From: an uncultured Methanosarcinales archaeon
Lineage (GTDB): Archaea; Nanobdellota; Nanobdellia; Woesearchaeales; JAGLXL01
Assembly (NCBI GenBank): GCA_964364045.1
Contig: CAYIKL010000001.1
Location: 24,633-88,632 of the forward strand
Direction of reading: 5' to 3'
DNA: 64,000 nt
Positions 9,625 through 18,903 of the stretch are shown piece after piece. Made by a program: the position numbers and the translations under genes. Under the pieces are notes generated by a model. It searched no databases and was not told the origin of the DNA. It saw nothing but the letters and a program-made list of their open reading frames with translations. Within the stretch, counting starts at the first letter, position 1, and every line of letters starts with the position of its first letter.

Positions 9625-10806
9625 TTACCTTTTCACCAGCTTCACGCTTAACTTCCTTACATCAATCGTCCGTTCCGGTTTTATCTTCACTGAATTATCT
9701 CCGCGCTCAACGTCATCGGTAATCTCTTTCTCAACATAAAGCTCTTTGGTGTCAAATCCTGTCACATGCCCGTTTACGATAATCTGCCCCTGTTTTCTGT
9801 CAATCGTATCAACAAAATCCAACCGCACAACAACCTCTCGTGACCTGTTCTGCACTGACTCAAACTCTTCTTCGCTTAATTCAAAGAAATAGAGCGGGAA
9901 ATCAATTTGTTTGAGCTGTGATTTTACTTTGATGTGTGAGATTGCATAATCCCCTTCCTCAATGCCAAAGATGAGCTCATTCTCTCCCAACTTCAGATGG
10001 GACGGCGGAACCTCGAGGCTCAACTTACGCACGCCGCAATCCGGTACTGCGGAATAAATATTGTATTCATTTATCCATATATCTAATGGACCAGTTCGTG
10101 CGGCATCACAATCCGGCTGAAACTCAAAATACACGCGGTCAATATTATTGTATTCAACCGCCGACACTAAAAATACGCTCTTGCTCCGCTGCGCATCTGT
10201 TCTCGTCACATCAGCCGTTACCTGAACATTCTCAAGCGCATACTCATTTGTTCTCCAGAACGCAGCGCCCGGCGAGCTCACACCAAACGTCAACACATTC
10301 TGCGATTTTAACAGTCGCGTGGGAAGCTCAACCGGCTGTACATTTGCCGTCGTGATTTCCTTATTCAACACCTCTTCGCCGTTCAACGACACGACGAGCC
10401 TGCCTTTTGCTCTGATGAGGGCAAAGCTCAACAATACGTTTTCTGTATTTGCCAGATCGCTGAATGAAAATTCCATGCTCTTTTCAACCGCTGAAAAAAC
10501 GGTTCTTTTCACGTACAGTGAATCAGCTTCTTCAATGACCATGCCTGCGGTGCGGGTAAAAATATACGTTGCCGGAATCGTGTGCTCCACCACGCGCTGG
10601 CTGAGATAGTCTATCCTTCCCGGCGTCTCGTTGAGCAGCGTGACATTTTTTGTCCTTGACGTGCTTCTCGAACCTGACTCACGAAAATCCTCGCCTAAAA
10701 TATCCGCACGATCCTCTGGCTGCAGAAAGATAATATAGCCAAGGATAAGAAATGCAATGACTGCGATTAACGCCGCTGCAGCGCCCGCCTGACCTTTTCT
10801 CACCAT
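9625..10806 (-). CDS. Type-II membrane-anchored secreted protein
   Basis: It has a single N-terminal TM (AAAALIAVIAFLILGYIIFL) and a ~360 aa ectodomain. No recognisable enzymatic motif is present. Confidence 0.5.
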   Translation of the reverse strand: MVRKGQAGAAAALIAVIAFLILGYIIFLQPEDRADILGEDFRESGSRSTSRTKNVTLLNETPGRIDYLSQRVVEHTIPATYIFTRTAGMVIEEADSLYVKRTVFSAVEKSMEFSFSDLANTENVLLSFALIRAKGRLVVSLNGEEVLNKEITTANVQPVELPTRLLKSQNVLTFGVSSPGAAFWRTNEYALENVQVTADVTRTDAQRSKSVFLVSAVEYNNIDRVYFEFQPDCDAARTGPLDIWINEYNIYSAVPDCGVRKLSLEVPPSHLKLGENELIFGIEEGDYAISHIKVKSQLKQIDFPLYFFELSEEEFESVQNRSREVVVRLDFVDTIDRKQGQIIVNGHVTGFDTKELYVEKEITDDVERGDNSVKIKPERTIDVRKLSVKLVKR

Positions 10807-10842
10807 TCCTCATCCAAAATCTTTATTAGTATATAAAATTTT

Positions 10843-11895
10843 TTGAATGCGATGAAGCTCCTCCTTACTGATTTTAAAAAAGGGCTGGTGAAGCTGCGCT
10901 TGACAAACCCTGAAGATTACTGGCATTTAAGCCAGATTATTAACGCAGGCGACATCATCAGCGGAAAAACAGTGCGCAAAGTCACGGTTGGCACCGAACG
11001 AACAACGCACGTCCAAAAGCCCGTCTTTCTTAAGATAGCAGTCGAGCGCACAGAGCTTGCAAATGGCGCACTGCGCGTGAGCGGGAAAATCCTAGAGGGC
11101 CCGGAAGATATCTCTCGTGGCAGTTATCATACATTTACGCTCGAACAGGACACCGAAATCTCCGTCGAGAAGGAATGGCTTTCGATCCACAAAGCGCAGC
11201 TGAAAGAGGCCGAACATGACCAAGCCCCCATCATTGTCTGTGTCTTTGATCGTGACGATGCGACGATTGCGCGCACTTCTCAGAAAGGCATGGTCATTCT
11301 TGCGCAGCTGCGCGGCGATCCGGAGCGAAAAGAGAAGCGTGCAAACACACGCACAGACCTGTATACTGAGATTATCGCTCTTCTTCAGCAGTATGATACG
11401 CGGTTTGCTCCGCAACATATCATTCTTGCAAGCCCGGCTTTTTACAAAGAAGATTTATTTGACCGAATCAGTGATAAAAAACTTAGGGAGAAAATAACGC
11501 TTGCAACCTGCTCTTCGTCGGGTGAAAATGCAATTCACGAAGTGCTTCGTCGACCAGAAACTCAGCATGCATTACGGCAGGTTCGCGCAGCTCATGAGAC
11601 TGAGATTGTTGACAAGCTGCTGACAGCGCTCGCCAAACAAAGCGCTGCCACATACGGGTTTGAGCACGTCAAAGCCGCATCTGAAGCAGGCGCAATTTCC
11701 GACATCCTCGTTACTTTTTCTTATATGAAAAAACTTCAGGAAAGCGGCAAGTTTCAGGAGCTCAATCTTATCCTGAAGCACATCGAGAGGCTGAACGGCA
11801 CGATCCACCTCATCAGTGCGGAGCACGATGCAGGAAAGAAGTTGGATGGGCTAGGCGGCATAGCTGCCTTGCTTCGCTATAAGTTGGAATGGTAA
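10843..11895 (+). CDS. pelA: Pelota/Dom34 mRNA surveillance factor
   Basis: The N-terminus MKLLLTDFKKGLVKLRLTNPEDYWHLSQIINAGDIISG is Pelota-like. There is an eRF1-like central and C-terminal domain without a GGQ motif. The length is 350 aa. Confidence 0.8.
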   Translation: MNAMKLLLTDFKKGLVKLRLTNPEDYWHLSQIINAGDIISGKTVRKVTVGTERTTHVQKPVFLKIAVERTELANGALRVSGKILEGPEDISRGSYHTFTLEQDTEISVEKEWLSIHKAQLKEAEHDQAPIIVCVFDRDDATIARTSQKGMVILAQLRGDPERKEKRANTRTDLYTEIIALLQQYDTRFAPQHIILASPAFYKEDLFDRISDKKLREKITLATCSSSGENAIHEVLRRPETQHALRQVRAAHETEIVDKLLTALAKQSAATYGFEHVKAASEAGAISDILVTFSYMKKLQESGKFQELNLILKHIERLNGTIHLISAEHDAGKKLDGLGGIAALLRYKLEW

Positions 11896-12029
11896 CATTT
11901 AATGTCACCGTTTGTAAAAGTAACATCCCATTTCGCACCAAACCTAAAACCGTAACATATTAATAGTAGTAGTGTTTATTCCCAAGCAAGTAATAAATTG
12001 AATTCACAACAAAAAAGGGGGGGTTGTTC

Positions 12030-12842
12030 ATGATAGTCAAAGAAGAATCTTTAAGCAACATCCGTCGATACTTCGATCTCAATCTGTACGAAGGAAAGCT
12101 CTGGTCTGCATTGCTTTCCCGTGGTGTCTCGACTGCGGGCGAACTTTCTGATATTGCAGACGTCCCCCGATCCCGTTCCTATGATGTTCTCGAAAGCCTT
12201 GAGAAGAAAGGATTTGTCATCATGAAACTCGGGAAGCCGATTAAGTATTTGGCAGTCCCTCCATCGGAAGTGGTTGAGCGCGTCAAGAAAAACATGATGG
12301 AGGATGCAAGGGATAAAGTCGCGCGCCTGGCCACGCTCAAGGACTCAGAGCTGCTCAAGGAGCTTGAAACGCTGCACAATCAGGGTATTGAGCTGGTCGA
12401 GCCGTCTGAACTGAGTGGTTCAATCCGCGGACGGCATAATCTCTACAATCATCTTGAATTATCCATCCGCGAGGCCAAAAAGCGTGTTACCATCATGACA
12501 ACTTCCCAAGGCTTGCTGCGGAAAGTTGAAGGGTTAAAAGCAGCGCTCGAAGCCGCAAGGAAGAAGGGCGTTGAAATCAAGATCGCCGCTCCGTTATCAA
12601 AAGAAACAAACCCCGCGCTCGATGAGCTGCGTGGCATTGCGGAAGTACGCCATGCAAACAATATAAGGGCACGCTTTTGCGTTATTGACGGCAAGAACCT
12701 TATCTTTACCGTTCTTGATGACAAGGATGTCCATCCTACTTATGATGTTGGAATCTGGGTAAATACCCCCTTTTTTGCCTCAGCGATGGAGAACATGTTT
12801 AATCTGGCTTGGAAAGATATGAAGCCCGGGCTGAAGAAATAA
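12030..12842 (+). CDS. TrmB-family transcriptional regulator
   Basis: The N-terminal wHTH reads LNLYEGKLWSALLSRGVSTAGELSDIADVPRSRSYDVLESLEKKGFV, and a TrmB C-terminal domain follows. An ATG at 12030 is preferred over the TTG at 12024. Confidence 0.75.
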   Translation: MIVKEESLSNIRRYFDLNLYEGKLWSALLSRGVSTAGELSDIADVPRSRSYDVLESLEKKGFVIMKLGKPIKYLAVPPSEVVERVKKNMMEDARDKVARLATLKDSELLKELETLHNQGIELVEPSELSGSIRGRHNLYNHLELSIREAKKRVTIMTTSQGLLRKVEGLKAALEAARKKGVEIKIAAPLSKETNPALDELRGIAEVRHANNIRARFCVIDGKNLIFTVLDDKDVHPTYDVGIWVNTPFFASAMENMFNLAWKDMKPGLKK

Positions 12843-12852
12843 GCCCAAAAGA

Positions 12853-12869
12853 AAATAAATTTATAAACC
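12853..12869 (+). promoter_or_regulatory. BRE/TATA element AAATTTATAAACC about 26 nt upstream of the pheS ATG; leaderless
   Basis: Shares a motif with the other promoters in the window. Confidence 0.45.
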
Positions 12870-12889
12870 TCTTCTTTTTTATTCCCCTC

Positions 12890-14416
12890 ATGTCCGTTGA
12901 GAAGAGTATAAAGATGCTTCACCCATTTGAACGTAAAGTACTTCCTCTGCTTTCAGATTCCACATTCTCAGATGTTGTCGTCAAATCAAGTCTGAAAGAC
13001 GTTGAAGTCATGCGTGCCCTTGAATGGCTTGAGAATAAGAGGCTCATCACGACAAAAAAGATAGAAAAGAAAGAGATTGTCTTGGGAAAGAATGGAAAGC
13101 TCTATGCTGAAAAAGGGCTGCCTGAACATCGCCTCCTTGATGCAGTTTGTGACCATGCTGTACCTCTTGCTGAGCTTTCACATCGCGCTCACCTTTCAAA
13201 AGAAGAGGTAGATGTTGCACTGGGCATCCTTCGCCGCTCTTATCTCATTCATATCAAAAAGGAGAAAGAAGTGGTTGTTGAAGCAACCACCGCTGGCAGG
13301 AAAGCTGCGAAAGAACATAAAACCCATAAATCTGCTGAGGAAAAATTTCTTGCTCGCTCTTTTCCTATACCTGTCAGCGCAGAAGATGAAGCACTGATAA
13401 AACAACTATTGTCACGCCGCGATATCATTACAATCAAAGAAACAAAAAATCGTGCCATAGCATTAACAACCGAAGGGCGTGCAGTGCTGAAGAAAGGCCT
13501 GGGCAAGGAGCTTCTTGGCTCTGTGACGCAATCGATGCTTCTCAATGCAGCATGGAAAAACAAGGAGTTTCGCGCATACGACGTGACAATCAACGTTCCC
13601 GCGCTTTATCCGGGTAAAAAGCATATGGTGACACAGGCAGTCGATTACATAAAGCAGATATGGCTTGAGCTCGGCTTTAAAGAGATGACAGGGCGAATGG
13701 TCGAAACCGCATTTTGGGATCTCGACGCATTATTTGTGCCTCAGGATCATCCTGCCCGTGATATGCAGGACACTTTTTACATTGCCGATCCTGATAAAGC
13801 AGAATTGCCTGAACGCGCAAAGCTCATCAAATCTGTTCATGAGCACGGGGGCAAAACGGGGAGCAAAGGCTGGGGCTCTTCTTGGAGTGAAGCAGAAGCA
13901 AAAAAACTGCTCCTTCGCACCCACATGACCGTGCTGAGCGCGCAAACATTAGCGCGGCTCAAAAAATCAGAGCTTCCTGCGAAATTCTTTGCCGTGGGAA
14001 AAGTGTTTCGTAATGAAGCACTTGACTGGAAGCATTTGTTTGAATTCTACCAGGTCGATGGCATTGTCGTTGATCCAAACGCAAACCTGAAGCATCTCAA
14101 AGGCTATCTCAAAGAGTTTTACCGCAAGATGGGTTATGAAAAGGTAAGAATTCGTCCTGCACATTTTCCTTATACCGAGCCGAGCTGTGAGGTTGAGGTA
14201 TTTCATCCGACAAAAAAGGAATGGGTTGAGCTTGGTGGAGCAGGAATTTTCCGTCCTGAGGTTGTTATTCCGTTGCTTGGCGCAGACATACCAGTGCTTG
14301 CCTGGGGCCTTGGTCTCGATCGTATCATCACTTCATACTATGGAATAACTGATCTGCGCGATCTCTATAAAAATGATATAAAAATGCTTCGTGAAGCAAA
14401 ACTATGGGTGAGATAA
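12890..14416 (+). CDS. pheS: Phenylalanyl-tRNA synthetase alpha subunit (archaeal type)
   Basis: The class II motifs are present (…FRNEALDWKHLFEFYQVDG…, GAGIFRPEV, AWGLGLDRI). The start is taken at the ATG 26 nt downstream of a TATA box. Confidence 0.9.
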   Translation: MSVEKSIKMLHPFERKVLPLLSDSTFSDVVVKSSLKDVEVMRALEWLENKRLITTKKIEKKEIVLGKNGKLYAEKGLPEHRLLDAVCDHAVPLAELSHRAHLSKEEVDVALGILRRSYLIHIKKEKEVVVEATTAGRKAAKEHKTHKSAEEKFLARSFPIPVSAEDEALIKQLLSRRDIITIKETKNRAIALTTEGRAVLKKGLGKELLGSVTQSMLLNAAWKNKEFRAYDVTINVPALYPGKKHMVTQAVDYIKQIWLELGFKEMTGRMVETAFWDLDALFVPQDHPARDMQDTFYIADPDKAELPERAKLIKSVHEHGGKTGSKGWGSSWSEAEAKKLLLRTHMTVLSAQTLARLKKSELPAKFFAVGKVFRNEALDWKHLFEFYQVDGIVVDPNANLKHLKGYLKEFYRKMGYEKVRIRPAHFPYTEPSCEVEVFHPTKKEWVELGGAGIFRPEVVIPLLGADIPVLAWGLGLDRIITSYYGITDLRDLYKNDIKMLREAKLWVR

Positions 14417-15189
14417 TGCCAAAAAATGAGACAGAAGAAATAAACCAAAAGATAAGTGCAATAAAAGAGAATAGGGGGGTCAATGATAACGTGCTCGACA
14501 CGAAAATTTCTTTGAGTGTCAAGGGAATACTTTCCGTGGTGCTTGCTGTGGTTGTGATAAGCGGTGCATTTCTCGCGGGAAGATATGTGTTTCCTTCCGG
14601 TACATCGTTGGCTGATTTTGCAAGTGCGGCCGCCGTCGTTGGAGTGTCTAAGGACGACTCTGTTTCAACAACTACAGAGCTAGAAGACAGTTCTAAGGAA
14701 GACACGAGTACTGATACACCAGTTGCAGAACCAGAAACAACAGAGGAAACTGCTGACGAAACAACAGAAGAAACAACAGACGAAGCAGCAGAAACTGATA
14801 CAGCAGATGAAGTGGTCATCACCAAAGATTACGCAAATGTTGTCCTTGAGTTCACGCGCACGCCTGCGTTTGAGTGGAAAGGCACGTGGGGAAAAATCAC
14901 GACGATATATTATACCCTCACTAACAACGAGGCAGGAACAATTAAGCCAGCTACTTTCAGGCTAACGGCAGAAGGCTATGACACAGCAGATTTTATCAAG
15001 ACTGCAGATGTTCCTAAAATTGATGGGGTGCTCTCCGCTGGCGAAGTCGCAAAGCATGGCGTTGACATAAAGTTGCAGTACAGTGAGTCAATAACCAATC
15101 CAACAAATCTGCGGCTCACGTTCCAGCTGTTTGATAAGGATGGCAATCTCATCGATGCAGTTACCGAAGAGTTTAATCTGAAAGAGTAA
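14404..15189 (+). CDS. Membrane-anchored protein with an acidic T/E-rich linker, inserted between pheS and pheT
   Basis: An N-terminal TM (SVVLAVVVISGAFLAGRYVF) is followed by a low-complexity TEETADETTEETTDEAAETDTADE stretch and a C-terminal ~130 aa beta-rich domain. Confidence 0.5.
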   Translation: MGEIMPKNETEEINQKISAIKENRGVNDNVLDTKISLSVKGILSVVLAVVVISGAFLAGRYVFPSGTSLADFASAAAVVGVSKDDSVSTTTELEDSSKEDTSTDTPVAEPETTEETADETTEETTDEAAETDTADEVVITKDYANVVLEFTRTPAFEWKGTWGKITTIYYTLTNNEAGTIKPATFRLTAEGYDTADFIKTADVPKIDGVLSAGEVAKHGVDIKLQYSESITNPTNLRLTFQLFDKDGNLIDAVTEEFNLKE

Positions 15190-15193
15190 GTAC

Positions 15194-16846
15194 ATGCCAA
15201 CTGTAACCTTAAACAGAAAGGTAGTCGAGTCCATCATAGGGAAACGATTGTCGGTTGAAGAATTAAAAGACCGCATCTCGATGCTTGGCACTGATTTGGA
15301 GCACATCGATGACAATGAAATTGTCGTTGAGGTCTTCCCCAACCGTCCCGATATGCTGAGCGAGCAGGGCTTTGCACGCGCATTAAGTTCTTTTTTGGGT
15401 GTGAAGACCGGTTTGAGAAAGTATTCTATAAAGAAAGGTGGTTGTCGGATCATTGTAGATAAGTCTGTTACAATGCGTCCACATACAGTCTGTGCAATTG
15501 TAAAAGATCTTGTGTTTACGGACGAGCGCATCCGTGAAGTGATGCAGGTGCAGGAGAAGCTTTCGACAACCCATGGACGTAATAGAAAAAAGTCAGAGTA
15601 CGGGATTTATCCCTTAGAAAAGATTAAGTTTCCCGTCATCTACGTTGCAAAAGACCCAAAAACCGTAACCTTTCAGCCGCTGGGCTTTGATAAGGCGGTT
15701 CTCGCGTCGATGGTGCCTGAACATCACCCAAAGGGCAAAGCCTATCGGCATCTTACAGAAGGCTGGACAAAATATCCTTTCTTCATTGATGCGGATGGCA
15801 ATGTACTTTCGATGCTACCATTTACGAATTCACACGATACCGGCAAAATTGATCTGTCTACCACAGAAGTTTTTATAGAATGCACGGGTATTGATCTGCA
15901 TAACGTCTCGATTGCTCTCAACATTATCACCTCAATGCTTGCTGATATGGGAGGCACGATTTACAGCCTCGAAGTTACATCCCCTGGAAAGAAGCTGATC
16001 ACACCAGATTTCACTCCCTCTAAAATGAAGCTCAATCTTCCCTACATCAACAAGCTTCTTGGACTTAACCTGAAGCATGCTGAAGCGAAAAAGCTTCTCG
16101 AGCGGATGGGATATGGTGTTGACGGGAACACAGTGTTGATTCCCGCCTACCGTGCTGATATCCTGCACCAGTATGATCTCATTGAAGATATTGCCATTGC
16201 ATATGGATATGAAAACATTGTAGAGGAAATTCCGCGCGTTGCCACGATTGCGGAAGAGGCTCCTCTCACCCGGCTTACTGCGCATTTGACAGGGCTGCTG
16301 ACCGGCTTTGGTTTGCAGGAAACATGTAGTTATCATTTGCTCTCACACGACGAGCTGAGTGGGATGATTAATTCAAACACACCTATAATCCATCTGAAAA
16401 ACGCGCTCGTTGACTATGGATGTGTGCGCAATAGTATTATTCCGAGCATGCTGAAAGTGCTTGCACAAAACCAGCACAACGATTATCCCCAGAATATTTT
16501 TGAGATAGGGACAACATTTCATCCGGACAAAAAAGACGCATATGGCATCGCTGAGCACAGCATGTGCGCGATTGCAATCTGTCATGAAAGAGCTGATTTC
16601 ACTTCCATCCGGCAGATTATCGATGCGATCGGAATGACATTTGGCGTGAAATGGAGCATAGAAGAAGCATCAGTACCCAGTCTGATCGAAGGCCGCGCAG
16701 CCAAAGCAGTGGTAAATAAGAACCAGGTGGCCTCATTCGGCGAAATTCACCCACAGGTTCTTGCCAATTTCAACATCTCAATGCCGATAGCAGTAGCTGA
16801 AATCAATCTGCATACACTTTTTGAGTTAGTGAAGAAAGATATATAA
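15194..16846 (+). CDS. pheT: Phenylalanyl-tRNA synthetase beta subunit (archaeal type)
   Basis: The N-terminus MPTVTLNRKVVESIIGKRLSVEEL...EVFPNRPDMLS matches archaeal PheT B3/4 and B5 domains. The length is 550 aa. Confidence 0.9.
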   Translation: MPTVTLNRKVVESIIGKRLSVEELKDRISMLGTDLEHIDDNEIVVEVFPNRPDMLSEQGFARALSSFLGVKTGLRKYSIKKGGCRIIVDKSVTMRPHTVCAIVKDLVFTDERIREVMQVQEKLSTTHGRNRKKSEYGIYPLEKIKFPVIYVAKDPKTVTFQPLGFDKAVLASMVPEHHPKGKAYRHLTEGWTKYPFFIDADGNVLSMLPFTNSHDTGKIDLSTTEVFIECTGIDLHNVSIALNIITSMLADMGGTIYSLEVTSPGKKLITPDFTPSKMKLNLPYINKLLGLNLKHAEAKKLLERMGYGVDGNTVLIPAYRADILHQYDLIEDIAIAYGYENIVEEIPRVATIAEEAPLTRLTAHLTGLLTGFGLQETCSYHLLSHDELSGMINSNTPIIHLKNALVDYGCVRNSIIPSMLKVLAQNQHNDYPQNIFEIGTTFHPDKKDAYGIAEHSMCAIAICHERADFTSIRQIIDAIGMTFGVKWSIEEASVPSLIEGRAAKAVVNKNQVASFGEIHPQVLANFNISMPIAVAEINLHTLFELVKKDI

Positions 16847-16871
16847 AGCGTTTTCTTCCTGTGCATTTTAT

Positions 16872-16959
16872 GGGCCGGTAGCTCAGCCTGGTAGAGCACA
16901 ACGTTCGCATGATTATCCGAGAGACGTTGGGGCCTCGGGTTCAAATCCCGACCGGTCCA
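16872..16959 (+). tRNA. tRNA-Ala(CGC) with a 14-nt intron at the canonical 37/38 site
   Basis: Hand fold: acceptor GGGCCGG/CCGGTCC with G3:U70, D-arm GCTC-AGCCTGGTA-GAGC, anticodon stem CAACG, loop TTCGCAT, then the intron gattatccgagaga, then 3' stem CGTTG. The T-arm is TCGGG-TTCAAAT-CCCGA and the discriminator is A. No CCA is encoded. Confidence 0.8.
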
Positions 16960-16990
16960 TTTTTAGAAAAATTTTGAATAATACCACCAA

Positions 16991-17380
16991 TTATTTCTCG
17001 TCTGCCTTTTCCGCCTTCTCCTCTTCAGCTTTCTCCGTGTTCTGAACTTTCTTTACTTCAGCTTTCTTCACTGGTGCTTTCTTTTTCTCCGTCGGTTTCT
17101 TCCCCTTCCTTACCTTCCTCGGCTTCTCTTTCTTCTCTTTCTTCTTCGTCTCTAAGACTTTCATCCCAAGCTTTTCAAATGCTACTTTCACATCTGCATG
17201 TGACGTGCCGCCTAACTCAACCATCTTGCCCAGCGGCTCAAGGTGCTTTACATTTACTTTTCTGCGCCGCGTTTCTCCATCAACCAGAACAAAGTTCTCA
17301 TCTACAACTTCAACAACAACACAATGCTTTCCTGCATCTCTCCCTGCAGTCTTCACACACAACCGTCCAACATCAAACAT
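16991..17380 (-). CDS. rpl14e: Ribosomal protein L14e with a K/E-rich C-terminal tail
   Basis: MFDVGRLCVKTAGRDAGKHCVVVEVVDENFVLVDGETRRRKVNVKHLEP is a KOW/L14e fold. Confidence 0.85.
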   Translation of the reverse strand: MFDVGRLCVKTAGRDAGKHCVVVEVVDENFVLVDGETRRRKVNVKHLEPLGKMVELGGTSHADVKVAFEKLGMKVLETKKKEKKEKPRKVRKGKKPTEKKKAPVKKAEVKKVQNTEKAEEEKAEKADEK

Positions 17381-17420
17381 TTTTATCCTCCAGTCTCCTC
17401 AGATTACCTGCTGTCGCCAG

Positions 17421-17696
17421 TTAGGCTTGAGACTTCCGCGCTTTTGCAATAAATTCTCTTCGTGAACAGGATGAACATAACATGCCGCCATACGGCCGTT
17501 CAGGTCTCTTCTGCGTTTTGGACAGCTTGCTGATATCTATTACTCTCCCGCGTGCAACCCCGTGCAAAGCCATTCTGCATAACGCGCAGTGTGCCTTTCC
17601 CGGCTTTCTTCTGCTGTAATGCACAATCGTTCTTCCGCCCGGCGTCTTTACTTTGACACGCCGCAATGTCCGCGATTTTTTATATCCCTGAACCAT
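17421..17696 (-). CDS. rpl34e: Ribosomal protein L34e
   Basis: MVQGYKKSRTLRRVKVKTPGGRTIVHYSRRKPGKAHCALC..., with a zinc-ribbon Cys pattern. Confidence 0.85.
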   Translation of the reverse strand: MVQGYKKSRTLRRVKVKTPGGRTIVHYSRRKPGKAHCALCRMALHGVARGRVIDISKLSKTQKRPERPYGGMLCSSCSRREFIAKARKSQA

Positions 17697-17706
17697 GCCT
17701 GCACAT

Positions 17707-18864
17707 TTAAGCGGCTGGTATATAAAGTTTCCTGCTTTCTGCTTCAGTCAGAATCTCAAGCCTGTTTGCCGTCGGCAGCACTTCAACCATTTTCTTCAGC
17801 GAATCTTTCGCATACGCAACTTTTGCCTGTGTCTCTCCAAACGGCTTGCCTGCATTCTCGTATAGATCCATAAATGCCTTTCTCCCACAACGCCCCTCCA
17901 AAAATCCTAACGTTTTTCTGATCTTTGATAGGGGAACAAGAACTCCATCTTCCGGTCTTCCAAGAATCGCATGAACAGCAGCATATATGGCATCATCAGA
18001 CACCTGCGTGCTATTCGTCTGTCTTTTAGGGGTCATAAGCCGGTTAAGTTTTTTAAGCGCTTCTCCTTCGATTTGTCTTACTCGTTCCCGTGAAAGATCT
18101 ATTTTATCTCCTATTTCCTGGAGCGTCATAGGAGAATAACCATTCAAGCCATATCTCATTTGAAGTATGTCAGCATCGCGTTCGCTCAACCATTCCAGCA
18201 TCTTGTTCATGAGTTCTACTTCATTCCCATATTCCAATGCGTCACCCGGACGCTCTGTATATGAACTCTCCAACGCATCCACAAGCTGCCCCTTATCTCC
18301 AACATGTGTTTCAAGTGACACTGTTGTCCCAAGAGTTAATGCCTTATAAAAAAGCTCATACCTTTCTTCAGGAATGTCCAACTTTGCAGCAAGTTCATGC
18401 ATCGTCGGCTCTCTGCCATTTTCAGAAACCATCTCTCTCGCGACTCTTTTCCAGTGCGCGATTTTCGGTACCAAATATGATGGAACACGTACCGTCTTTA
18501 CCTGATCTACCAGTGCACGTTTGATACTTTGGTGTATCCACCATGTTGCATAGGTTGAGAATCTGCACCCTTCCTCCAAATCAAATTTGCCCGTTGCTTT
18601 CATCAATCCAAGATTCCCTTCTTCAATAAGATCAAGAAGTCCCAACCCTCTGCTGACATACTTTTTTGCAATGCTGACCACAAGACGCAGATTTGAGTTA
18701 ATCAGCGCTTCTCGCGCTTCTTCATCCCCTTCATGTACACGTTCCGCAAGATTCCTTTCTTCTTCTCGTGAAAGAAGCTCAAATCTGTTCATTTCTATAA
18801 AATATTGTTCCAGAACATCTCGTTCATCCATATGTGTGCTAGAATATACACGATTAATAAGCAT
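17707..18864 (-). CDS. Bacterial-type sigma-70 family factor homolog (regions 1.2-2-3-4) with a novel ~100 aa C-terminal extension
   Basis: The sequence [74 protein letters not shown] aligns almost residue-for-residue with region 2.1-2.4 of RpoD ([52 protein letters not shown]...DQARTIRIP). [13 protein letters not shown] corresponds to region 3. ILQMRYGL...[28 protein letters not shown] is region 4.2. Confidence 0.85.
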   Translation of the reverse strand: MLINRVYSSTHMDERDVLEQYFIEMNRFELLSREEERNLAERVHEGDEEAREALINSNLRLVVSIAKKYVSRGLGLLDLIEEGNLGLMKATGKFDLEEGCRFSTYATWWIHQSIKRALVDQVKTVRVPSYLVPKIAHWKRVAREMVSENGREPTMHELAAKLDIPEERYELFYKALTLGTTVSLETHVGDKGQLVDALESSYTERPGDALEYGNEVELMNKMLEWLSERDADILQMRYGLNGYSPMTLQEIGDKIDLSRERVRQIEGEALKKLNRLMTPKRQTNSTQVSDDAIYAAVHAILGRPEDGVLVPLSKIRKTLGFLEGRCGRKAFMDLYENAGKPFGETQAKVAYAKDSLKKMVEVLPTANRLEILTEAESRKLYIPAA

Positions 18865-18903
18865 TCCGACGTATAAAAGTCACATCAACTCTATTTGACA
18901 CAT

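Noticed and set aside
17707-18864. Possibility that the sigma-70 gene reflects a chimeric assembly with bacterial DNA
   Set aside because: The gene lies within 10 nt of the archaeal-only L34e gene and within 40 nt of the archaeal DUF106-secY genes, on the same strand, with similar codon usage and AT-rich spacers. The sequence alone cannot fully exclude the possibility, so checks are listed in the findings.
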